DNA from: a virus
Virus record (IMG/VR): IMGVR_UViG_3300029915_000731
Location: 1-64,000 of that record
Reading direction: 5' to 3' (one strand)
Length of the DNA stretch: 64,000 nucleotides
This document shows, one piece after another, positions 1 through 6,676 of the stretch. A program made the position numbers and the translations under genes. Every line of letters starts with the position of its first letter. The first letter of the stretch is position 1. The notes under the pieces were generated by a model. That model searched no databases. It saw only the letters and a program-made list of their open reading frames with translations, and was not told the origin of the DNA.

Positions 1-264
1 ATCGTCCAGCAACTGCAAGTCGAACGTCGTAGAATTGACGCCGCTCTCAACGCCCTTATCGGAGAGCAAGCTGCCCCGGCGAGAGCCCCTGCAACTGCTA
101 CCGCACCCGCAACTACCTCAACCACCACCGCAGCCCCGAAGAGCCACCACAAGCGCAAGGCACGCTCCTTGACACCGGAAGCCAAAGCGAAGATTTCAAC
201 GGCTCAGAAGGCACGCTGGGCTCTGATAAAGGCCAACAGCAAACCTGCCGTTCGTGCGGCTTAA
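1..264 (+). CDS. Partial small basic histone-like / nucleoid-associated protein (5' end outside window)
   Basis: Frame 1 reads IVQQLQVERRRIDAALNAL...KRKARSLTPEAKAKISTAQKARWALIK...VRAA*; resembles a small-protein family I recall from Acidobacteria; absent from the ORF track. Confidence 0.7.
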   Translation: MVQQLQVERRRIDAALNALIGEQAAPARAPATATAPATTSTTTAAPKSHHKRKARSLTPEAKAKISTAQKARWALIKANSKPAVRAA

Positions 265-278
265 ACAGCAGGTCACCC

Positions 279-308
279 AAAAAGGCTCCGTCATTGACGG
301 AGCCTTTT
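279..308. terminator. Bidirectional intrinsic terminator
   Basis: AAAAA-GGCTCCGTCA-T-TGACGGAGCC-TTTT between convergent genes. Confidence 0.85.
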
Positions 309-341
309 CTTCTTCTTCTTCTTCGACGTACGAGGTATCTT

Positions 342-692
342 TTAATAGTGGATAAACTGGTCTCGGTCTGCTTGCGTAATGGTCTTCAAACAGGCTGAAC
401 ACCTTTCATACCGCTCAGTGTCCTCTCCATCATGAGGGCCGTAGCTGGTTGCAACATGTCCACACTCATTCTGGTGTTTGCGAAGGTAGGCAGTGCGGCG
501 GATATAATTCAGGTGAACGTAGTCGCCGTAGCCGTCGCCGCCCCCATACGCAGGGGGTAGAGACGTAGCGGCCTCACCTTCCGCCGCCGCCAGCAGCTTC
601 ATCTTCTCGTACACGTCCGACTTCTGCTTTTGCAAGTCTTTGATACGACCGCTTAGTTCAGCGTCCGCCGCTTTAAGCTGCTTCATTGTCAT
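342..692 (-). CDS. Hypothetical protein (N-terminal coiled coil, C-terminal Cys/His motif)
   Basis: 116-aa ORF in the minus-strand gene run. Confidence 0.65.
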   Translation of the reverse strand: MTMKQLKAADAELSGRIKDLQKQKSDVYEKMKLLAAAEGEAATSLPPAYGGGDGYGDYVHLNYIRRTAYLRKHQNECGHVATSYGPHDGEDTERYERCSACLKTITQADRDQFIHY

Positions 693-870
693 GTTTCACC
701 TTTCGATGGGTGCGGCCACGTAGGTCACAGCCCAGTCCATCTCGCACTTTGTCTTCAACCTGAGCCACGAGTTCATTGACTCCGCTGCTCCACAGAAGCT
801 TTTCTCCAACGTGAAAAAACAGGCGATACTATAGCCGCCCCACATCTTTCATCATATGTGCTCCTTATTT

Positions 871-1245
871 TCACTTTATCTTCAATCCACAGCGGCTGAG
901 GTGCTTTCGAATTTCAGCGAACTCCACGGGCTTGTCGAAGACAGCGATTTTTCGTTTGAGAGTCCAGAACCGTCGATTGGCTTCGCGACTATCAGCAGTC
1001 ATCATCGCCACTTTCTGACCGGGGTGCTCGGTGAGAATTGCGTCGAGCATCCTCACCCCATTCATCCGGGGCATATCGAAGTCGGAGAGCACATAGTCAA
1101 ATGGTTGGGCGCGGAAGAGTTCTAAACCCTCGCGCCCATCGCCAGCCTCCACGACATCAATCGGGGCTCCCCGGACGGCCTTCTCCAGAGCTTCTCTGAG
1201 GTAGGCGAGGTTCATCCGGTCATCATCCACGATAAGAACCCTCAC
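871..1245 (-). CDS. Stand-alone response-regulator receiver (CheY-like)
   Basis: VLIVDDD, LSDFDMPRMNG (phospho-Asp), MMTA, DKP motifs. Confidence 0.9.
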   Translation of the reverse strand: MRVLIVDDDRMNLAYLREALEKAVRGAPIDVVEAGDGREGLELFRAQPFDYVLSDFDMPRMNGVRMLDAILTEHPGQKVAMMTADSREANRRFWTLKRKIAVFDKPVEFAEIRKHLSRCGLKIK

Positions 1246-1463
1246 TTACGCCTCTTCGTTCCAAATCGGATGTAGTCACGACCACGTTGGGTGATGCTAT
1301 ACCAGAGGTTGTGACATGCGCCGGTGCTTAAGAACCCATGCCTGACCAGAGACCGTGCGGTCTGAAGGGGGTGACCCTTTACCCAGACCCTCCCGTGAAG
1401 GCTCCTGTCAATGGCGTCTAGCAAACAGAACTGGGCAAGCGACAACTTCGGCCAGTCCCTCAC
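1242..1463 (-). CDS. Hypothetical protein, possible winged helix
   Basis: Overlapping start/stop with neighbours; SITQRGR wing-like motif. Confidence 0.55.
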   Translation of the reverse strand: MRDWPKLSLAQFCLLDAIDRSLHGRVWVKGHPLQTARSLVRHGFLSTGACHNLWYSITQRGRDYIRFGTKRRK

Positions 1464-1795
1464 GGGAGTTTCACGCGGGAGACCGTTCCAGTGCTAACAA
1501 CGTCTTCAAGGAATCCCTGACCTACCGGGCTCCCGAGCCACTGGATGACGGTGGCCGCGACGGTCGCCTCTTGCTGCGTCAGTTTGTAATGCTCACTCTT
1601 CTCCTGCCCATGTAGGAGGTAGCCCAGAGTCATTTCAGCACGCCTTGCCCACGCTTCAGCGAATGCGGCCTCAGCCGGATTCGAGGGGAGCCGATAGGAG
1701 CACAGACCCACGTGTTCAATCGGAGCTGGCTCCAAGTTTGTATTGAGTAGCTCACCCAACGATTCTGGTTTGTTTCCAAATTGGCTAGGCATCAT
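1460..1795 (-). CDS. Hypothetical phage protein
   Basis: 111-aa ORF with ATVIQWLGSPVG motif. Confidence 0.65.
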   Translation of the reverse strand: MMPSQFGNKPESLGELLNTNLEPAPIEHVGLCSYRLPSNPAEAAFAEAWARRAEMTLGYLLHGQEKSEHYKLTQQEATVAATVIQWLGSPVGQGFLEDVVSTGTVSRVKLP

Positions 1796-1894
1796 CCCTC
1801 CGGTACTCGCGATTCACTGATAGGTACATCGAAAAGCTCTATCAATGCAGAATTTGCAGTTGATGAACTTTTTAAGCTGTCCACGCGGCGGTCA

Positions 1895-2164
1895 TTAAAG
1901 GAAGACCCACGCCACACGCCGCATGGGCGTCTTGGCCGCGTCCGGCTGAAAACCACCGTGGTCGATTCTGCGCTGCATAGCCGCGATGGCTTCGGCTTCA
2001 GTAGCACCGCTCACGCTACCGCCGCAACCGTTGCCGCGATAGCTTGCGTCTGCGACAACACGCCCATCGGCCAGCTTGAATGTGGGATTGAAGTACAGGT
2101 CAACCCAGTATTTACCGCTACGTGACTCCCAACGCGCAATCTTCGTTCGCCCTAGCTTTGCCAT
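1895..2164 (-). CDS. Hypothetical protein (start revised to MAKLGR)
   Basis: ATG at 2164 lies 6 nt after TATACT of a TAGCCA...TATACT promoter-like element. Confidence 0.55.
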   Translation of the reverse strand: MAKLGRTKIARWESRSGKYWVDLYFNPTFKLADGRVVADASYRGNGCGGSVSGATEAEAIAAMQRRIDHGGFQPDAAKTPMRRVAWVFL

Positions 2165-2207
2165 ACCTACAGTATACCGGGGATGGGGGGATTTGGCTAG
2201 AATTATT

Positions 2208-2489
2208 TTATCCGACGCCATAGGACTTTCTTCTTTTGGTTTTTGCCGAGGGCACAGCCGGAACTACCTCAACTAGGGGCGTCTCTTTGATGCCTCGGTC
2301 ACGACGATTGAATGGGTAACCATGGGGGGATTGAGTAAAGGTAGACCCGTTCGTCGTATGAACAGTGATGTGAACCGGGTCGAACTTAGCCTCCTGTGCC
2401 GCCTTTACAAGCAGCTTAAGCAGGTCTTCGGCAGTCTTTCCCGAATCATCGGGGGCGAAGTTCATTTCGACGTGATATTGAGTGTACAT
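2208..2489 (-). CDS. Hypothetical protein (start revised to MYTQ)
   Basis: ATG 5 nt after TATTAG motif; removes overlap with upstream gene. Confidence 0.5.
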   Translation of the reverse strand: MYTQYHVEMNFAPDDSGKTAEDLLKLLVKAAQEAKFDPVHITVHTTNGSTFTQSPHGYPFNRRDRGIKETPLVEVVPAVPSAKTKRRKSYGVG

Positions 2490-2502
2490 ATCGTCTAATA
2501 CT

Positions 2503-2706
2503 TCATTTGCATGTTTTCTTATCAATGCATCTAATGACTGCGTGCAAGTAGTCCTCGTCAAAAGACTCTCGGTGCTTTCCGTCCACGTAAATAACATAGG
2601 CGTCCACCGAGCAGTTCATAAAGACTTGGAGTTTATGTCCAAGGCAACCCCCTAAGTCACAGCCACTGCACTCGTAGCTCTCCTCACCAACCAAGTAGGT
2701 GCTCAT
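2503..2706 (-). CDS. Small Cys-rich hypothetical protein
   Basis: AGGAGG upstream; CSGC..GCLGH. Confidence 0.55.
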   Translation of the reverse strand: MSTYLVGEESYECSGCDLGGCLGHKLQVFMNCSVDAYVIYVDGKHRESFDEDYLHAVIRCIDKKTCK

Positions 2707-2784
2707 ATGAGGGGACTGTCCTCCTCCTTGGGAGCGTCCTTGCCACGACGTTCGGGCTTCTGGGTGCGAATCTGTTTACCCCAA

Positions 2785-2988
2785 TCACCAGTTGGCAACC
2801 GTTGTCACAACACCCGACACCGGGTTAGTCTCAGAGGACAGGTTCCAGTTAGACGGAGGGGGAGTGGAAGCCACTGTTTCAGGAGAGGTTACTTCAGGAG
2901 TAGCTGGTTTTGGTGCGTAAACCCCACTGTCACATCCGGTTACAGCCAGTATGCCAATCGTAAGAGCAATAACCACGAGTGCTTTCAC
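2785..2988 (-). CDS. Putative lipoprotein (possibly truncated)
   Basis: Signal peptide with lipobox VTGC; GGAG SD. Confidence 0.55.
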   Translation of the reverse strand: MKALVVIALTIGILAVTGCDSGVYAPKPATPEVTSPETVASTPPPSNWNLSSETNPVSGVVTTVANW

Positions 2989-3233
2989 GTGATTCTCCAG
3001 TCTTGATTTGGTTAAAATTTCTCGTTATTCCACACAGCGATAACAGCGCCGATGCCCTGGGAGGAGAATTGAGACTCTCCATCTCTCGCCTTCGTACTCA
3101 ACCTTATCGCATACGTCTGGAACCATAAAAATACCCCCTACTTCTTATTTAATAGTCGGCTCTTCCAACGATCTTGTGTTTCAGCTCCGCCGAACGGTAT
3201 CGGACAATGCGATTAGGAAACACTTGAAAAAGT

Positions 3234-3320
3234 TGGTGCCAGAGACGGGACTCGAACCCGTATGAGTTTAACCTCGGAGGTTTTTGAGACCTCTGCGTAT
3301 ACCAATTCCACCACTCTGGC
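3234..3320 (-). tRNA. trnL: tRNA-Leu(CAA)
   Basis: Anticodon arm GAGGT-CTCAAAA-ACCTC, long variable arm, CCA end. Confidence 0.95.
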
Positions 3321-3326
3321 AAATTT

Positions 3327-3414
3327 TGGTACCCGTGACAGGAGTCGAACCTGCAAGACCCGGAGGTCTATGAGGGCTTAAACCTCATGTGTACGCCAAT
3401 ACCACCACACGGGC
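3327..3414 (-). tRNA. trnL: tRNA-Leu(TAA)
   Basis: TGAGG-TTTAAGC-CCTCA, CCA end. Confidence 0.93.
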
Positions 3415-3424
3415 ACATCTAAAC

Positions 3425-3515
3425 TGGTCGGCGCGGGGAGACTTGAACTCCCAGTTGACCTTGCGGTACGGCACGCCCTGAACGTGCTGTGTCTGCCGAA
3501 TTCCACCACGCGCCG
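3425..3515 (-). tRNA. trnL: tRNA-Leu(CAG)
   Basis: GCACG-TTCAGGG-CGTGC, CCA end. Confidence 0.93.
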
Positions 3516-3527
3516 AAAAATCTAAAA

Positions 3528-3615
3528 TGGTACCGGGTGAGAGACTCGAACTCTCATGAAGCTTGCGCCTCGCTAGCTCCTAAGGCTAGGGTGTCTGCCA
3601 TTCCACCAACCCGGC
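3528..3615 (-). tRNA. trnL: tRNA-Leu(TAG)
   Basis: CTAGC-CTTAGGA-GCTAG, CCA end. Confidence 0.95.
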
Positions 3616-3627
3616 AAATCTAAACTT

Positions 3628-3719
3628 TGGTACCCCTGACAGGACTCGAACCTGCAATGTTTACCGCTTGGGTATCGCGTCTTAAGCGCGACGTGTCTCG
3701 CCAGTTTCACCACAGGGGC
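3628..3719 (-). tRNA. trnL: tRNA-Leu(TAA), second copy
   Basis: TCGCG-CTTAAGA-CGCGA, CCA end. Confidence 0.92.
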
Positions 3720-3731
3720 ACATCTAAACTT

Positions 3732-3822
3732 TGGTCGGCTCGATGAGATTCGAACTCACAATTGTCCTTTCGGAACACATGGACCTCAACCATGCGCGTC
3801 TCGCCAATTTCGCCACAAGCCG
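3732..3822 (-). tRNA. trnL: tRNA-Leu(GAG)
   Basis: CATGG-TTGAGGT-CCATG, CCA end. Confidence 0.92.
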
Positions 3823-3845
3823 ATACTTTACTTCAATACTGAGTG

Positions 3846-4094
3846 TTACCTCTCAACATGCCCCCTCTGAGAAAGCGCCCGGTCGATAAACTGGTCTGCA
3901 ACCTGTTCTCGGTACGCCGGGGACTCAAACAAACTTTTAGTGTCCATGGTGTAGTAGGTATTGTAGCTCTTCTTCCCCACCTTGTCGGATACCGCCACTT
4001 TCAGTATTGGAAAGCAGCCTCCGACTTGGACGGTGACATCGTCTCGCGTCACCTTTACCTTGCCATTCTTTAATACCTTAACACCCTTATCCAT
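3846..4094 (-). CDS. Hypothetical protein inside tRNA operon 1
   Basis: 82-aa ORF co-oriented with the tRNAs. Confidence 0.55.
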   Translation of the reverse strand: MDKGVKVLKNGKVKVTRDDVTVQVGGCFPILKVAVSDKVGKKSYNTYYTMDTKSLFESPAYREQVADQFIDRALSQRGHVER

Positions 4095-4114
4095 TGTTTC
4101 AACCTGTTACCCTC

Positions 4115-4270
4115 TCACAGAATACTCACGCCTCCACGTCCAGCTATATGCTTTATCGTTTGGCCACAGTTTGGACAACACTTACGACTGACTCCTATGA
4201 CTCCTATAGGGGCTAGAAACGCTGCTAGAAGCCCCGAGATAACGAAAATGATAACCACTGTCAAAACCAT
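4115..4270 (-). CDS. Small membrane protein with CPNCG motif (51 aa)
   Basis: GAGGT SD; MVLTVVIIFVISGLLAAFLAPIGVIGVSRKCCPNCGQ...; below ORF-track cutoff. Confidence 0.55.
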   Translation of the reverse strand: MVLTVVIIFVISGLLAAFLAPIGVIGVSRKCCPNCGQTIKHIAGRGGVSIL

Positions 4271-4286
4271 AAATACCTCTCGGAAT

Positions 4287-4351
4287 CGGTGGGGGTGAGG
4301 AAATTGCTTCCCAGTGCTCCGCCTATTTGGGGTTATTCAGCGGACACCCCC
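4287..4351 (-). ncRNA. Short tRNA-like element (acceptor-like stem, one internal arm, T-like arm)
   Basis: GGGGGTG...CACCCCC-ACCG; CCGC/GCGG arm; GGAA-GCAAT-TTCC. Confidence 0.4.
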
Positions 4352-4355
4352 GAAC

Positions 4356-4462
4356 TGGTGGACTGTGGTGGCGTTCGAGCCACGCTATCGCTTCATCTCA
4401 GGACACGGGAAAGTCACCCTAGCACCTGCCTTTACGATGTCTTCACCTAACTTACACAGCCC
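4356..4462 (-). ncRNA. Ala-identity tRNA-like RNA resembling a tmRNA tRNA-like domain
   Basis: GGGCTGT/ACAGTCC-ACCA with G3:U70; T-like arm; long interrupted helix instead of anticodon arm. Confidence 0.6.
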
Positions 4463-4469
4463 AAAACTT

Positions 4470-4556
4470 TGGTCGGCTTGGGGGGACTTGAACCCCCACT
4501 CCCTTGCGAGAACCAGCCCCTCAAGCTGGCGCGTCTGCGAATTTCGCCACAAGCCG
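4470..4556 (-). tRNA. trnL: tRNA-Leu(GAG), second copy
   Basis: CCAGC-TTGAGGG-GCTGG, CCA end. Confidence 0.95.
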
Positions 4557-4587
4557 ATAACTTACATTAACCTAATACTACAAAATC

Positions 4588-4625
4588 TGGTGGGCTGGGA
4601 AGGATTAGTTATACCTCACATCCCC
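4588..4625 (-). pseudogene. 3' fragment of a tRNA-Tyr-like gene
   Basis: ...CCTTCCCAGCCCACCA resembles the 3' end of the neighbouring tRNA-Tyr; no 5' half. Confidence 0.4.
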
Positions 4626-4634
4626 TTACGAAAG

Positions 4635-4722
4635 TGCGCCGTGATGGATTCGAACCACCGATGTTACTCTTAAAGAGGACTGGGTTACGGCCAGTCGCTT
4701 TCGTCCACTCAGCCAACGACGC
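4635..4722 (-). tRNA. trnY: tRNA-Tyr(GTA), atypical (C33, no encoded CCA)
   Basis: ACTGG-CCGTAAC-CCAGT; GGTTCGAATCC T arm; long variable arm. Confidence 0.8.
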
Positions 4723-4735
4723 ATATCTAAAAATT

Positions 4736-4826
4736 TGGTGGGTAGGGAGGGATTCGAACCCCCAGCGTGCCCAAAGGGCATCCAGATTTACAGTCTGGCG
4801 CGGCCAACCGTATCCACGTCCTACCC
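4736..4826 (-). tRNA. trnY: tRNA-Tyr(GTA)
   Basis: CCAGA-CTGTAAA-TCTGG, CCA end. Confidence 0.93.
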
Positions 4827-4860
4827 ACAATACAAAAGCCGCTCGGTTGAGAGCGGCTTC
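4827..4860 (-). terminator. Attenuator terminator of tRNA operon 1
   Basis: AAGCCGCTC-TCAACC-GAGCGGCTT-TTGTATTGT immediately before the first tRNA. Confidence 0.85.
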
Positions 4861-4883
4861 GTTTGAACTCTGGTTTGACTTGA

Positions 4884-4976
4884 CTATTTGTCAGTCCACC
4901 CGTTCAACACGGAGCCGTCGCTAAGCAGGTAATACAAGCTTAGTGATAAAACCGAGTTGTTAACGAGGTTGGTCAT
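4884..4976 (-). CDS. Leu/Tyr leader peptide MTNLVNNSVLSLSLYYLLSDGSVLNGWTDK
   Basis: AAGGG SD; contains all six Leu and both Tyr codons; 3' part overlaps the antiterminator. Confidence 0.85.
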   Translation of the reverse strand: MTNLVNNSVLSLSLYYLLSDGSVLNGWTDK

Positions 4977-4999
4977 TGTCATCCCTTTCGCTGTGATAA

Positions 5000-5032
5000 G
5001 CGTCTAGGGGTCGCTTAGCGTCCCCTAGACGC
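5000..5032 (-). promoter_or_regulatory. Strong 5'-UTR hairpin upstream of leader peptide 1
   Basis: 11-bp perfect stem GCGTCTAGGGG/CCCCTAGACGC. Confidence 0.6.
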
Positions 5033-5071
5033 AATACTCTATATACTCTATATCGGTACCACTTCATATAT

Positions 5072-5101
5072 ATAATACGCAGGAAACCGGAAAACTGTCA
5101 A
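5072..5101 (-). promoter_or_regulatory. sigma70-type promoter of tRNA operon 1
   Basis: TTGACA-N18-TATTAT. Confidence 0.8.
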
Positions 5102-5286
5102 TTCTTTTCTGAAGAAAAATGAAAGTGGCCGTTTGGAGCACTGTCGAGGTGGCCTTCCCCCGGTTTACACGAGCCTCTGCGTCTTTCGTCTCGCCGTTGT
5201 TACCCTGCCTCGTTGCACCTTCCCAACATCAGGGGTACGTACGGTGCTTCAGACATCACTATACTAATACCATAAAACGTGAAACT

Positions 5287-5538
5287 TTAGCAATACCCAT
5301 CTGGGTCAGGCTCGTACTGCTTGTGGTGCTTGTGGTACCATCGGGTCGTTTTAATCCGCTTGTGAAATTCTGAACAAGTCTCATGAACATGCTCAGGGAA
5401 TGCTGAGCCAAAACGACGCCAAGCAACCTCTCTGGCCTCTTCATCAATCGCATCTACAATCCAACTATACGCGACGATTTCCCAGTAGGCAACATCCTCT
5501 ATCCGCTGGTCTTGCCCTAAGTTTTTCAAATTTCCCAT
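5287..5538 (-). CDS. Hypothetical protein
   Basis: 83-aa ORF with SD-like GGGG. Confidence 0.55.
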   Translation of the reverse strand: MGNLKNLGQDQRIEDVAYWEIVAYSWIVDAIDEEAREVAWRRFGSAFPEHVHETCSEFHKRIKTTRWYHKHHKQYEPDPDGYC

Positions 5539-5577
5539 ACGTTTTCCCCACCTAGTATAGGGGGCTGTAGTTGATTT

Positions 5578-6534
5578 TTACGCTCGTGTCCCTTCACTCA
5601 AATTTAACATCGGGTATTTCTGTACCAACTGCTCGAATGCCTTCTTTACATGGTGACCATATTGGTCGGCGACGATCATTACTGAGTTCATACGCGGGAT
5701 GAGAATACAGGACTCAGCGGTTACATCATGGGCGGCGAACACCTCGGCCATAATCTTCCGGGCGAACAGTACCTCGTTAAGGATGCCCCCACCTGACTTA
5801 GAAAAAAATGGATAGGGGATACCTTCCGCTTGAAAGCCTGTAGTGCCGTCCAACACATTAGCATAAGTAAAGTGATTAGCCATTTGCGGATTACTGCGGG
5901 GCTCCCAACTAATATAGAAGACCTTCAGGTTGGGAAGCGTTTTAAGATACTGGTCGGCTCCAATTCCCATCATGGAGATGTTGCGGCTATCCGCAAACGC
6001 GGGAGTTTGTTGTAGGGGTGTAACCCGGAAGCTAATCTGTGGGGTGAACTGGGAGATAATCTTCAGAGAACGCATCGTGCTGAGAACCATGTTGTACTGC
6101 TTCTCTTCATCGGTAGCGGCAATCTTCACCATCTTCGCCTTGGGTTCAAATGGATTGAGCTTTGCGGTCTTCGGCCACGATTCCTGTAACCGCTGGAGTT
6201 CCTTCTCGGCATCCTTGGTCTGGTAGGCCATCCCAGTGTACATCTGAAGGTTCAGCAGCACCTGAGTGAATAGGTTGTAATCAAGGAAGCTCTGTAGCTC
6301 ACGGAGGATGGCGAGTCGGTCATACCCTGTCGGAACGGATGTGACCTCTGGGCCGTATTTGACCCAGCACTCCGTCAACATTCTGTCGAGGATGATGTTC
6401 CAGAAGTCCGTCCGGGTGAACTCTAACTCCCCGATGTACTTCAGGAAGACCGCCTTCAGGGTCTCTTCAGTTTCGAAGGTGGAGTCAATAAGTTTTGAAA
6501 ATTCACGAGCGACGGTTCTGTAAGTTTCTTGCAT
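5578..6534 (-). CDS. Hypothetical protein, possibly degenerate family-A polymerase fold
   Basis: 318-aa ORF; weak ordered resemblance to PolA blocks without catalytic Asp residues. Confidence 0.6.
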   Translation of the reverse strand: MQETYRTVAREFSKLIDSTFETEETLKAVFLKYIGELEFTRTDFWNIILDRMLTECWVKYGPEVTSVPTGYDRLAILRELQSFLDYNLFTQVLLNLQMYTGMAYQTKDAEKELQRLQESWPKTAKLNPFEPKAKMVKIAATDEEKQYNMVLSTMRSLKIISQFTPQISFRVTPLQQTPAFADSRNISMMGIGADQYLKTLPNLKVFYISWEPRSNPQMANHFTYANVLDGTTGFQAEGIPYPFFSKSGGGILNEVLFARKIMAEVFAAHDVTAESCILIPRMNSVMIVADQYGHHVKKAFEQLVQKYPMLNLSEGTRA

Positions 6535-6676
6535 GGCGTTGGTTCTTTACCTTTCGGGACTAGCTGGTCCTTATCACCATACGGATGCGCCTCCAGAGTT
6601 CTTCATCTAGGAGGCTGGGAACAACGGCGATGTACTTCTTACTTCCCCCTCAATTACTCGAAAGGTGAGATGGACT

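Noticed and set aside
689-855. SD-ATG ORF with early in-frame TAG suggesting stop-codon reassignment
   Set aside because: Long genes are uninterrupted in code 11, several end in TAG, and no suppressor tRNA is present in the window
3050-3126. Apparent tRNA/tmRNA 3' end
   Set aside because: No TTC loop or CCA; better read as a 33-aa minus-strand ORF with SD
4314-4924. ORFs overlapping tRNA genes (also 30516..30859, 31343..31531, 32646..32837)
   Set aside because: Chance open frames across structured RNA genes
5054-5062. GTGGTACCG resembling a T-box core in leader 1
   Set aside because: It lies at the very 5' end of the transcript with no stem I upstream and about 200 nt from the terminator; the leader-peptide model explains the region
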